Counted from the first letter of the stretch, positions 9,330-17,392 are shown. The stretch is DNA of 48,882 bases from Gammaproteobacteria bacterium (GCA_026196545.1 JAPHSZ010000128.1:1-48882), one strand, 5' to 3'. Notes: generated by a model from the letters alone, not told the origin. Made by a program: numbers and translations.

Positions 9330-10721
9330 CTAGAATCTGATACTTAAAGTAGCACCCAATGAATCCTGCTCCATTGCAATTGATGCATTACTTCCAGTAA
9401 CCGTTGCACCACCCACACCAAATGCAGTTGGTCCCTTAATTGTATTAAGAAATGCATGCATGTAATTTATAGACAACCAGTAGTCTTCATTAAATTTATA
9501 TTCAGCACCCAAAGTTAAATGATCTTCTACCACAGCAGGTGCCAACATATTGAACAATACCTGATCTTCAGGCATTGGTGCATCACCATGGTTAAAACCC
9601 GCTCTAAGTGCCAGCTTCTCTGTGAACTGCCAATTAACACCCAGCTTATAGATGGTTTGATCTCTCCAACCAAATCCCATTCCCTGAGAACCACCGAGCT
9701 TACAGTCAGGGGTATCAGCACCAGGACAAAGTGGGTTCAAGTCTGTAGGATCTGCCGGGTTTGGACCAGGGTTCCCAACTGAAGCAACATCACTATAATT
9801 AATGCGCTGAATATCAAAAACACCAGTAATAGCTGGTGTGAATTTATAGGCTGCTCCAAAAGTCCAGTTCTCCGGAATATCAAACCCACCCTGTTCGGCA
9901 AATAACTTATTGTAACGCGTAAATTTTGACATATGAACGCGTGCTGAATAGTTTACTCCAACTGACAAATCATCATTAAGGAATTTGGCCATCCAGCCAA
10001 GACGGTAGCCTGCACCAAAGGAATGTTCAAAACCGACACCGGTTAAACCAAGCCTGGCCTCTGCTTCGGTAGAAGCAGCACCACCTGCGGTAAAGCCTGC
10101 AAAACCAAAATCCTCCAGGCCTTCTGCGCGGAAAAACTGCCCAGCAAGAACAAATGTAGCACCTATTGCATGATCTTCATTTATTTTATACGCAATACTT
10201 GGTGTCATCTGTATCTGATACAGCTCAACACCAGCTTCTGTTGAAGCAAGGTTATCAAGAATATTGAATACTGTCGGCGGACAACCACTACCTGCTGCAG
10301 TACAAGCACTATTATTAGCAGTTTGGTTAAATTCAGTCTTCATGCCGGCACCAATCATTGCTGCACCAATTGTTACTTTATCATTTACTCGGTATACGCC
10401 ACCCATTGCAGGAATCATGAATTGGTCATGGTTGCTTTTCTCATCAGTTTTTCCCATCAGCCCACTATCATGTTGAATTGCAATCTCCGGCCTGAAAAAC
10501 TCGCCTCCGATATCGAAACTATCTCCAACATCCCACATACTGGCAGGATTAAATGCTGAAGCCAGGCCATCCATACCATAAGCTACGCCCGTACCACCCA
10601 TTGCTCTTGATTTTGAGCCAAAGCCTATCAAAAAATAACCGTTTGTAGCGAAAGCATTAAGTGGAAGTGCCACACCTAAAGCAAGTGCAGACAACAGGAT
10701 GTGTCTGGAATTTAAAATCAT
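9330..10721 (-). CDS. Outer-membrane transport protein, FadL/OmpP1/TodX family
   Basis: 463 aa. SD GGGGAG upstream of the ATG. Signal peptide (LPLNAFA|T). GFGSKSRAMGGTGVAYG motif typical of the family. Alternating beta-strand pattern and C-terminal ...LSIRF with a terminal Phe. Confidence 0.8.
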   Translation of the reverse strand: MILNSRHILLSALALGVALPLNAFATNGYFLIGFGSKSRAMGGTGVAYGMDGLASAFNPASMWDVGDSFDIGGEFFRPEIAIQHDSGLMGKTDEKSNHDQFMIPAMGGVYRVNDKVTIGAAMIGAGMKTEFNQTANNSACTAAGSGCPPTVFNILDNLASTEAGVELYQIQMTPSIAYKINEDHAIGATFVLAGQFFRAEGLEDFGFAGFTAGGAASTEAEARLGLTGVGFEHSFGAGYRLGWMAKFLNDDLSVGVNYSARVHMSKFTRYNKLFAEQGGFDIPENWTFGAAYKFTPAITGVFDIQRINYSDVASVGNPGPNPADPTDLNPLCPGADTPDCKLGGSQGMGFGWRDQTIYKLGVNWQFTEKLALRAGFNHGDAPMPEDQVLFNMLAPAVVEDHLTLGAEYKFNEDYWLSINYMHAFLNTIKGPTAFGVGGATVTGSNASIAMEQDSLGATLSIRF

Positions 10722-10767
10722 GGGTTTGCTCCCCTGTTATATTTTTAATTTATTTATTCTTGTAACT

Positions 10768-10796
10768 ATGAGCGTGGCCAAAATAGCCACGCTCAT
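10768..10796 (-). terminator. GC-rich hairpin downstream of the giant gene (terminator or 3' stabiliser; no U-tract)
   Basis: 11-bp perfect stem atgagcgtggc (10768-10778) / gccacgctcat (10786-10796) with a 7-nt loop. Lies between the giant-gene stop (10820) and the porin start (10721). The minus-strand sequence after the stem is A-rich rather than U-rich. Confidence 0.35.
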
Positions 10797-10819
10797 ATCA
10801 TAGCCCAGTACAATTACTG

Positions 10820-13800
10820 TTAATTTCTATATCTTCTTCTGAACACGCTAACTACTGGTACTATTCCCAGTAACAATACCAGTCCAATTGTACCGCCTCC
10901 AAGTTTGGTGTCAGGGGCTGTACCCGTAATTGGTTCCTTAGGTGCTGCAGTTCCACCTGGCCCATCATTAAAGTTTGCATAGAAGCCAACAAATGGACCA
11001 TCTATCATAGGTGAACCATTTACACCATCACCATTTACGTCACGAGAAACCAGTGCCCAAGTTGTTGTTGGATCTGGTGCAACACCCGCAGCGCCATCCC
11101 ACAAATCATTGAGTGTTGTTGCTGCGCCATCAGGGTCTTCCCAAACGCCATCAATATCCCATACATTAACCACGTCGATATCAAATGAACCATTGTAATC
11201 AAACAACATATGCACACCCAACTGGCCTTCTGCGACAGTCATAGATATTGTCGTTGCAGTACCTGTCCCTGGGCAACCTGTAGAGTCGATATCATCAGCA
11301 CCAGGATTAGTGGTTTTAGTTGATCCATTGCCAGGATCCGGTGAAGCTGTTTTTGATTCACAGAGTGCATTATCCGCTTCAAACGAATAAGTACCCGGAC
11401 CGAATACACGAACATGATGTGCAAACCAGTTAGCACCGAAGAATAGTTCTGGTAAATCAGACACAATCGTCATATTACTAACCAGATCTGTTTCAGAACT
11501 ATGAGTTGTATTATCCCAGGTAAACACAACATCATTAGTACCACCAAACACTTTTCCATTTGCATCTAGCATGGTGAAGTTACCAAACACAGTCCCCACC
11601 TGGATAGTGGCAGTTGCAGTTCCATCACCACCATTACCATCTGTCGCTGTAAATACAAAGCTATCATTAGCAGACAAGCCAGTTTCAGGCGTATAGGTTA
11701 AGGTACCCGCACCATCATTGGTAATTGAACTAGCTGCGTTGGCAGGCTGAGTCGCACTGACAAACGAGATAGTGTCACCTTCAACATCGGTACAACCAGC
11801 TATCAAGTCAGTTGCAGCAACAATTGTTAGTGGCGTATCCACACCCGTTGCAAGCGTCACATTACTACATACAACTGCATCATTGACCGGATTCACCGTA
11901 ATAGTCATGGTAGCAAGATACGAGTCAGCCACACCATCATTTAGCGTGAAAGTAAATGTATCAGTACCATTAAAATCAGCTGCTGAAGTGTAGCTCAACA
12001 CAGTATTAGTTGCATCGACCGTAACAGTCCCGCCCTGTGTAGTAGCTGCACTGAATGTTGCAAACGTCAAAGCATCACCATCCGGATCAGTTCCTATGGC
12101 AGTACCCAATGTATCAGTATCGGTTACATTAATTGCCAACGTCACATCTTCATCGGCAGTGAAAGCAACGTCGTTAGCTACAGGTGCCAGATTATCGGTG
12201 ATGGTGATATTCACCGTTGCCACCCTGGAAACCGCGCCACCTGCATCAGCGATGGTGTACTGGAAGCTGTCAGTATCGCCAATAACCAATCCTGAAGACG
12301 TATAATCCACAGTACCATCGCCATTATTAACCAAAGTGCCACCATTTGCCGAAGTTGCTGTTAACAGCGTTAAAGTCACTCCTGCTGGTGGAGCACCATC
12401 CTCCGCATCACTGTCATTGTTAATTAAATCAAGCGTTATCAGCGTTGATGGAAGAGCGCCAACATTGTCATCATTTGCAACAGGTGGTGTATAACCTGCG
12501 GACATATCAAAGTTGAAGTTAGCATGGAAACCAACAAATGGACCATCAACCATGGCTACGCCGCGAATACCATTTAAATCACCATCAACCGATGCCCAGT
12601 TCCACTGCTTGGTCGGTGTTTGTGTTAGATCACAGTTAGGACCAGATGTTGCACAGTCATCGCCATTATAGATGGGGTCACCAAAGCTGGTATTGTATTC
12701 CCACAGTACAGCCACATCGATATCAGATGTTGCGCCATAATCAAATAACATATGCGCACCTAACTGACCTTCTGGAACAGTCATTATCAGCGGTGTACCA
12801 CCTCCACAGTTGGTCGTACCTGAAGCAATATCAGCAGCACCACAGTTGGTATCAAAGCTGTATGTTCCTGGTGCAAATATCCGGGCATCATGTGCAGTCC
12901 AGTTAACACCAAAGAATGTTTGTGTCGATGCCAGAGGCGTTGTCATTGCAATATCGGAACATGACTCAGCATTACATATTAATTTCTCATCAAATACACC
13001 GGTAACATTGGTCGCACCACCCACTAAACCACCGGTATTATCCAGCATAGTAAAGTTACCACCAGTGATGATATGAATTGATGGATCATCAGAGACAACG
13101 ACTGTTGCAGAGAAAACTGTATCGCCACCAGCTCCATCAGTTGCGGTAAAGTCAAAGCTATCAGCACCTATAAAACCAGTTACAGGTGTATAGGTTAAGT
13201 TACCTGCACCATCATCAGTCACAACACCATGAGCTGGTTGGCCATAACTGAGCAGTGTTACAGCACCATCAGCATCAGCACAACTACCGACTAGATCTGA
13301 AGTTGTCAATGTAACAGGCATATCTACAGCTGTTGTTGTGTTAACAGCTGGGCAGCTCATAGCATCATCAACAGCCGCTACCGTCACTGTCATAGTGTTG
13401 GTTGCTGAAGATGAAGTATTCGTACCATCAGTCACTGTGTAAGTGAAAGTATCGATACCATTAAAGTCTGCTGCTGGAGTATAAGTCAGCGTATCATTAG
13501 CAAGATTAACTGTGACAGAACCACCTTGTGTTGTAGTTGCATCGAAGGTAGCAAATGTCAGCGCGTCGCCATCAGCATCACTCGCTATTAGAGGGTCAGG
13601 CAACGAAATTGTAGTCAAAGCAACATCTTCGTCAGTAGCCAGGGCCACATCCAACGTTTCAGGCGCGGCCGTAACAGTAATCGTTACCGTTGCTGGAGCT
13701 GCAGAAACCAGCGCATCACTATCAGTCACCGTATAAGTGAATGTATGCACACCCACTGCTGTTGGCGTGTAGTCAATCGTGCCATCTGCAGGCAGCACTG

Positions 13801-15784
13801 CAACAGCTGTACCATTAGTTGGTGCTGCTGGTGTTACCGTGACCAGAGCAGTGGCTGTAGCATCATCCTCAACATCGGTATCGTTAGCGACAACATTGAT
13901 ATTTTTCGTCACATCCTGCAACAACATGGTCAGACCAGTATCATCATTAGCAACAGGGCGTAGCGCAGTGACGTTCATCGTCATTGTTGCAGAGGTCACT
14001 GAATCACCGATACCATCATTAACAGAGAAAGTAAATGTATCGACACCATTAAAACCAGGGTCTGGTGTATAAGTCAGTGTGTCGTTAGGCGTAGAGGTTG
14101 TGCTCACAGCCACACTACCATTGGCAGCTGCACCAATACTAACAAATGACAGCGTATGACCATTAAGGTCATCCGCAATCACACCGCCCGTACCACCTTT
14201 ACCGGTGGTTTCCGCATTATCAGTGATAAGAATGACTTTTGCAGAACCTGCATCAGTCGTGAAATCTGAGTTATAAGCAACAGGCAAATCATTACCCACA
14301 GATGAAACGGTTACATCAACATTAGTCGCAGAGGATGTCGCACCATCACTGTCAGTAAGTGTGTAGGTAAAGGTGACTACCTCTTCGACAGCACCAGCTG
14401 TAAAGGTAACAGTGCCATCACCATTAGCTACTGCATTACCACTTGAGCCCTGCGCCAAAATAGCTATGGCACCGGTGTTCACACCTTCATTTAGAGTACC
14501 CGCAGCACCGTCTTCATAATCAGAGTCATTAGCTAATACATCGATAACAACGGCAACATTTGGTAAAGCACCACCCGTATCGGCAGCTGGCGTCGGCGTG
14601 GCATTATCCACACCAACACTGAAGGTCACAGTATTAGATTCATAACTGCTAGGATCAATCACCGTAATCGTGAAGGTATCATCTGCACTACCCTGCGTAT
14701 TAGTATTTGCTGGTGGTGTATAGCGCAGTGTATCGTTTGTTGCACTCGTCATTTCAACGGTAACGGTACCGCCAAGATCGGTAGGTGACTGTATGGTAGC
14801 AAATTGCAATGTATCGCCATCGCCATCATCTGCAATTACGCCACCTGTCCCGCCTTTACCCGTAGTATCAGCCGTATCGCCAATTAAAATATCCTTAACG
14901 ACACCTGCCGTTGTGGTGAAATCTGAAGCATAGGCAACCGGCGCATTGGTTACCGTAACGGTCACCGTGGTTTCACCTGAAGCCACACCACGACCATCAA
15001 CCACAGTGTAACCGAAAGTATCAACACCCGTTGTAGATGGGGTATAAGTAACTGTATTGTCAGTTTCCAGCACAACGCCACCGCCGGCTGTACCGGCTAC
15101 TGGTGTCGTCAGCGTTACAGCGCCTGTAACTGTGGCGCCCGAATAATCGGTATCGTTGGCACGCACATCGATGTTCGTTGAACCAGCACCAATCGCCATG
15201 GCCGCAGTATCATCTACAGCCGTTGGTGGCGTGTCAAAAGTAAAATTAAAGTTAGCATGATAGGTCAAGAACGGGCCATCAATCATACCCACGCCAAGAA
15301 TACCATCAGGACCTGAGGTTGGCCCACCTACAATCGGATCAGTACTCGTGTAAGTGGTCACACCCGTAACTGCATTTACGGTTACATTCCAAACATTAAC
15401 TACATCAATATCGGAATTAGCACCCCAGTTGAACAAAATATGGCCACCGACCTGACCAGCACCAACCTGAACGCCAGTGAATGAACCAGCTTGAACCGTA
15501 TCAAAACTATAGGTACCAGGGCCAAAAGTAGTGCCACTATGCGCTGTCCATATTGAGCCAAAGAAGGTAGTTGTTGAAGCGACTGACCATGCACCATCAC
15601 CAACTGTACCTGCAACGGTCGTATCTGGACTGCCTGGAAGCAAATTACCAGTACCATCATACATATAAAAATCTGCGTATGTCATGGTCTCTGCAGCTGA
15701 AGCGGATAATGATGCCAAAGATAGCAGCGAAGCTATCGCACATTTCTTTAAAACTGGCTTACTGATTTTTTCATTTAACATCAT
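10820..15784 (-). CDS. Giant secreted repeat adhesin-like protein: about 10 Ig/cadherin-like modules plus 3 copies of an unassigned domain, with a C-terminal sorting-type tail
   Basis: 1654 aa. SD GAGG 6 nt upstream of the ATG. Sec signal peptide (SLSASA|AE). Thr/Val/Asp-rich ~95-100-aa modules with VANDD...NDTD/NDSD..ED motifs. Three interleaved copies of the FFG..W.AH / GTYSF / DIDV..VW / DGPF..ANFNF domain. The tail is GGG-TM-RRRYRN. Confidence 0.9.
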   Translation of the reverse strand: MMLNEKISKPVLKKCAIASLLSLASLSASAAETMTYADFYMYDGTGNLLPGSPDTTVAGTVGDGAWSVASTTTFFGSIWTAHSGTTFGPGTYSFDTVQAGSFTGVQVGAGQVGGHILFNWGANSDIDVVNVWNVTVNAVTGVTTYTSTDPIVGGPTSGPDGILGVGMIDGPFLTYHANFNFTFDTPPTAVDDTAAMAIGAGSTNIDVRANDTDYSGATVTGAVTLTTPVAGTAGGGVVLETDNTVTYTPSTTGVDTFGYTVVDGRGVASGETTVTVTVTNAPVAYASDFTTTAGVVKDILIGDTADTTGKGGTGGVIADDGDGDTLQFATIQSPTDLGGTVTVEMTSATNDTLRYTPPANTNTQGSADDTFTITVIDPSSYESNTVTFSVGVDNATPTPAADTGGALPNVAVVIDVLANDSDYEDGAAGTLNEGVNTGAIAILAQGSSGNAVANGDGTVTFTAGAVEEVVTFTYTLTDSDGATSSATNVDVTVSSVGNDLPVAYNSDFTTDAGSAKVILITDNAETTGKGGTGGVIADDLNGHTLSFVSIGAAANGSVAVSTTSTPNDTLTYTPDPGFNGVDTFTFSVNDGIGDSVTSATMTMNVTALRPVANDDTGLTMLLQDVTKNINVVANDTDVEDDATATALVTVTPAAPTNGTAVAVLPADGTIDYTPTAVGVHTFTYTVTDSDALVSAAPATVTITVTAAPETLDVALATDEDVALTTISLPDPLIASDADGDALTFATFDATTTQGGSVTVNLANDTLTYTPAADFNGIDTFTYTVTDGTNTSSSATNTMTVTVAAVDDAMSCPAVNTTTAVDMPVTLTTSDLVGSCADADGAVTLLSYGQPAHGVVTDDGAGNLTYTPVTGFIGADSFDFTATDGAGGDTVFSATVVVSDDPSIHIITGGNFTMLDNTGGLVGGATNVTGVFDEKLICNAESCSDIAMTTPLASTQTFFGVNWTAHDARIFAPGTYSFDTNCGAADIASGTTNCGGGTPLIMTVPEGQLGAHMLFDYGATSDIDVAVLWEYNTSFGDPIYNGDDCATSGPNCDLTQTPTKQWNWASVDGDLNGIRGVAMVDGPFVGFHANFNFDMSAGYTPPVANDDNVGALPSTLITLDLINNDSDAEDGAPPAGVTLTLLTATSANGGTLVNNGDGTVDYTSSGLVIGDTDSFQYTIADAGGAVSRVATVNITITDNLAPVANDVAFTADEDVTLAINVTDTDTLGTAIGTDPDGDALTFATFSAATTQGGTVTVDATNTVLSYTSAADFNGTDTFTFTLNDGVADSYLATMTITVNPVNDAVVCSNVTLATGVDTPLTIVAATDLIAGCTDVEGDTISFVSATQPANAASSITNDGAGTLTYTPETGLSANDSFVFTATDGNGGDGTATATIQVGTVFGNFTMLDANGKVFGGTNDVVFTWDNTTHSSETDLVSNMTIVSDLPELFFGANWFAHHVRVFGPGTYSFEADNALCESKTASPDPGNGSTKTTNPGADDIDSTGCPGTGTATTISMTVAEGQLGVHMLFDYNGSFDIDVVNVWDIDGVWEDPDGAATTLNDLWDGAAGVAPDPTTTWALVSRDVNGDGVNGSPMIDGPFVGFYANFNDGPGGTAAPKEPITGTAPDTKLGGGTIGLVLLLGIVPVVSVFRRRYRN
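10823..10900 (-). other. C-terminal tripartite sorting-type tail of the giant protein (Gly-rich / TM / Arg-rich; GlyGly-CTERM-like rather than PEP-CTERM)
   Basis: Encodes GGGTIGLVLLLGIVPVVSVFRRRYRN. There is no VPxP/PEP motif directly before the helix; the nearest is KEP about 20 residues upstream. Confidence 0.5.
10964..11587 (-). repeat. Unassigned domain, copy 3 (giant protein aa ~1400-1607)
   Basis: FGNFTMLDANGK...FFGANWFAHHVRVFGPGTYSFE...GQLGVHMLFDYNGSFDIDVVNVW...MIDGPFVGFYANFND. Carries a Cys-containing insert. Boundaries are approximate. Confidence 0.7.
11588..12505 (-). repeat. Array of about 3 Ig/cadherin-like ~100-aa modules
   Basis: Repeated pattern PVANDD/NDSDAEDG...DGTVDYT...DSFQYT...ATVNITI and DGDALTFATF...GGTVTV...LSYTSAADFNGTDTFTFT. 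Confidence 0.65.
12506..13066 (-). repeat. Unassigned domain, copy 2 (giant protein aa ~907-1093)
   Basis: GGNFTMLDNTGG...FFGVNWTAHDARIFAPGTYSFD...GQLGAHMLFDYGATSDIDVAVLW...MVDGPFVGFHANFNFD. Boundaries are approximate. Confidence 0.7.
13067..15232 (-). repeat. Array of about 7 Ig/cadherin-like ~95-100-aa modules
   Basis: Recurrent motifs: VDD/ANDD...(A)NDTD(Y/V)...DGT(V/I)(T/D)YTP...G.DTF.YTV.D...TVTVTV. Two modules contain the near-repeat TTGKGGTGGVIADD. Confidence 0.65.
15233..15691 (-). repeat. Unassigned domain, copy 1 (giant protein aa ~32-184)
   Basis: FYMYDGTGN...FFGSIWTAHSGTTFGPGTYSFDTVQAGS...GQVGGHILFNWGANSDIDVVNVW...MIDGPFLTYHANFNFT. This is the closest copy to the domain of the 193-aa protein. 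Confidence 0.75.
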
Positions 15785-15980
15785 TTAACCTCGATCTCAT
15801 GAATTTTTCATTACGTCACCCTTCTTTGAATTCAGGTGAAAATGCGTCTTTAATTTACATACACAAAATTTGCTACGAGAATTCTCCCGAAAACAAATCT
15901 TCTAGTTATTTTTCTTATAATAAACGCGTAACCGCTCTTCACGGCGCAGCGTCTAAATTTGTTAGCTACAGAATTAAAGT

Positions 15981-16000
15981 GTTTTTCTTAGTTTTTCTTA
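15981..16000. repeat. Perfect tandem direct repeat (gtttttctta x2) in the AT-rich leader/promoter region of the giant gene
   Basis: 15981-15990 and 15991-16000 are identical 10-mers, about 200 nt upstream of the giant-gene ATG. Confidence 0.5.
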
Positions 16001-16242
16001 ACGGACACATTTTGTATCTTTTTTATATTTATATCAGCATTGGGAATACTGTAAAAACTAACACACTACTTCTTTAAACTTCTAACATAAAACAAGCGGC
16101 ACATCGCCAACTCAATCCACATCATATCTTTTTTGGTGCCAAAAGTTAACTTATTTCTGCAATAAAAAAGTATAAATTACAATAAGTTATATAAGAATAT
16201 ATTAATATAATTATTGATAGTTACAAATACGACTTTTATGAT

Positions 16243-16282
16243 GCGCAAAAAAAAGCAGTCGGTCTTACGACCGACTGCTTTT
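16243..16282 (-). terminator. Strong rho-independent terminator of the 193-aa PEP-CTERM gene
   Basis: The minus strand reads aaaagcagtcggtc-gtaa-gaccgactgctttt followed by further T residues. It has a 14-bp stem, a 4-nt loop and a U-tract, and lies about 55 nt after the stop at 16339. Confidence 0.85.
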
Positions 16283-16338
16283 ATACGGCTTTAACGAACT
16301 ACTGTTCGTATCGAACAAGTCGATATAGCTTTTCTTAG

Positions 16339-16920
16339 TTACGCAGCTTTTTTACGACGCGCCACACCAACTAAACCAAGCAGACCAGAACCGAACAACC
16401 ATACAGCTGCAGGTACAGGTACTGGGTTTGTGTCAAAGCTAAAGTTAGCCTCATAAGTCAGGAAAGGACCGTCGATCATGCCTGAACCAGGAGTGCCGTT
16501 AGGACCTGCAGGGTTACCCGCTACAACGTCAGTAGATGTGTATACACCAGCAGTAACATCCCAAACGTTAACTACGTCGATGTCTGAAGTAGCACCCCAG
16601 TTGAACAGGATGTGACCACCAATCTGACCAGCGCCTACTACAACACCAGTGATTGAACCAGCTTCAACTGTGTCAAATGTGTAAGTACCAGGACCAAAAG
16701 TAGTACCAGAGTGAGCAGTCCAGATTGAACCAAAGAAGGTCTGTGTTGAAGCCACGTCCCATGCGCCACCACCGATGTTGCCAGTTACAACTGTGTCAAC
16801 ATTGATCAATGCACCAGTACCATCGTACATGTCAAATGTAGCAGATGTCATTACAACAGCAGAAGCAGCTGAGCTACCCAGCGCTAAGGCTAAAGATAAA
16901 GCAATTCTTGATTTTTTCAT
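16339..16920 (-). CDS. Small PEP-CTERM protein: signal peptide, one copy of the unassigned domain, and a PEP-CTERM sorting signal
   Basis: 193 aa. SD GGAG upstream of the ATG. Signal peptide (GSSAASA|VV). The domain is closely similar by eye to giant-protein copy 1. The C-terminus PVPVPAAVWLFGSGLLGLVGVARRKKAA is a canonical PEP-CTERM. Own promoter candidate and own terminator, so monocistronic. Confidence 0.9.
   Translation of the reverse strand: MKKSRIALSLALALGSSAASAVVMTSATFDMYDGTGALINVDTVVTGNIGGGAWDVASTQTFFGSIWTAHSGTTFGPGTYTFDTVEAGSITGVVVGAGQIGGHILFNWGATSDIDVVNVWDVTAGVYTSTDVVAGNPAGPNGTPGSGMIDGPFLTYEANFSFDTNPVPVPAAVWLFGSGLLGLVGVARRKKAA
16342..16425 (-). other. Canonical PEP-CTERM exosortase sorting signal
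   Basis: VPVP motif, then a Gly-rich hydrophobic helix WLFGSGLLGLVGVA, then RRKK. Confidence 0.85.
16432..16854 (-). repeat. Unassigned domain, stand-alone copy (193-aa protein aa ~23-163)
   Basis: FDMYDGTGA...FFGSIWTAHSGTTFGPGTYTFDTVEAGS...GQIGGHILFNWGATSDIDVVNVW...MIDGPFLTYEANFSFD. Confidence 0.75.
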
Positions 16921-17007
16921 TCTAAAAATTCTCCAAATATATTTGAGTTGGGCTTTTTCTACCCATTCACCTATTTGCCAACTAATATAAGTCAGCAGCG
17001 TATATAA

Positions 17008-17023
17008 TGCACTTACTATGCCA
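17008..17023 (-). promoter_or_regulatory. Candidate sigma-54 (-24/-12) promoter for the 193-aa PEP-CTERM gene
   Basis: The minus strand reads TGGCATAGTAAGTGCA. GG and GC sit exactly 12 nt apart as in the consensus TGGCAC-N5-TTGCA. It lies about 88 nt upstream of the ATG. A sigma-54-dependent activator (prsR, with a GAFTGA motif) is encoded in the same locus. Confidence 0.45.
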
Positions 17024-17161
17024 ATTTTCTATGTCATTGTTTTATCGAGCCTACTGGGGCATTTATTGGGTAAATAAGTATTTTATGATTTTCTAAATTG
17101 TAAACATTGCCGACACCTGAAATTATTGACCGAAACAAAATCAGTACGAATTTCACATAAA

Positions 17162-17174
17162 TATCAATAGGTTA
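17162..17174. promoter_or_regulatory. IHF-core-like match (WATCAANNNNTTR) upstream of the sigma-54 candidate
   Basis: TATCAATAGGTTA on the plus strand, about 140 nt upstream of the -24 element. Chance matches are likely in DNA this AT-rich. Confidence 0.15.
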
Positions 17175-17239
17175 TAATATTTTTAGTCAATTTGGGCGAA
17201 TTCTTAAGTCTCTATTAAAATCTCCGACAAAATAAACAA

Positions 17240-17254
17240 TTGTGACGTCCACAA
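17240..17254. promoter_or_regulatory. 15-bp inverted repeat TTGTG-N5-CACAA in the divergent intergenic region
   Basis: ttgtgacgtccacaa. It is about 220 nt upstream of the minus-strand sigma-54 candidate. It ends 18 nt before a TATAAT hexamer (17273-17278) that faces the plus-strand sulfotransferase operon. Confidence 0.2.
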
Positions 17255-17392
17255 ATAATTTTGATTCACGTATATAATCACAGCACAAAAAAACGATTCA
17301 ATCCGTTCTATCAAGACTTTTAGCCATAGACAGTTCATTTTTTAACAAAACATTTAGCCAAACTTGCTTTCTGAACACATCCTTATCCAACT

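Noticed and set aside
10901-10960. The KEP tripeptide (…APKEPITG…) in the giant protein as a possible PEP-CTERM motif.
   Set aside because: It lies about 20 residues before the hydrophobic helix. In genuine PEP-CTERM signals the motif is directly adjacent to the helix, and the intervening GGG motif fits a different signal class better.
11772-14072. Numerous 60-100-aa ORFs on the plus strand inside the giant gene (for example 11772-11993, 12810-13076, 13512-13736, 13779-14072).
   Set aside because: These are antisense shadow ORFs. They arise from stop-poor Thr/Val/Ala/Gly-rich repeat coding on the minus strand. They have no SD sequences or recognisable motifs and are fully nested in a 1654-aa gene with clear domain structure.
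10820-15784. Periodic repeats in the giant gene as a possible CRISPR or VNTR array.
   Set aside because: The repeats are ~300 nt long, diverged at the DNA level, in-frame and protein-coding (Ig/cadherin-like modules). There is no short-repeat/unique-spacer architecture.
15799-16077. 92-aa ORF in the intergenic region upstream of the giant gene.
   Set aside because: It lies in extremely AT-rich DNA. The translation is low-complexity (Ser/Phe/Tyr/Asn/Ile-rich), there is no SD, and it runs opposite to both neighbours. It is most likely a chance ORF in promoter/leader DNA.
16126-16141. The minus strand reads TGGCACCAAAAAAGAT upstream of the giant gene, with a perfect -24 box.
   Set aside because: The -12 position is GA rather than the near-invariant GC. 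Neighbouring GG/GC combinations (16096-16109, 16106-16118) are spaced 11 nt rather than 12. It is not a credible sigma-54 promoter on sequence alone.
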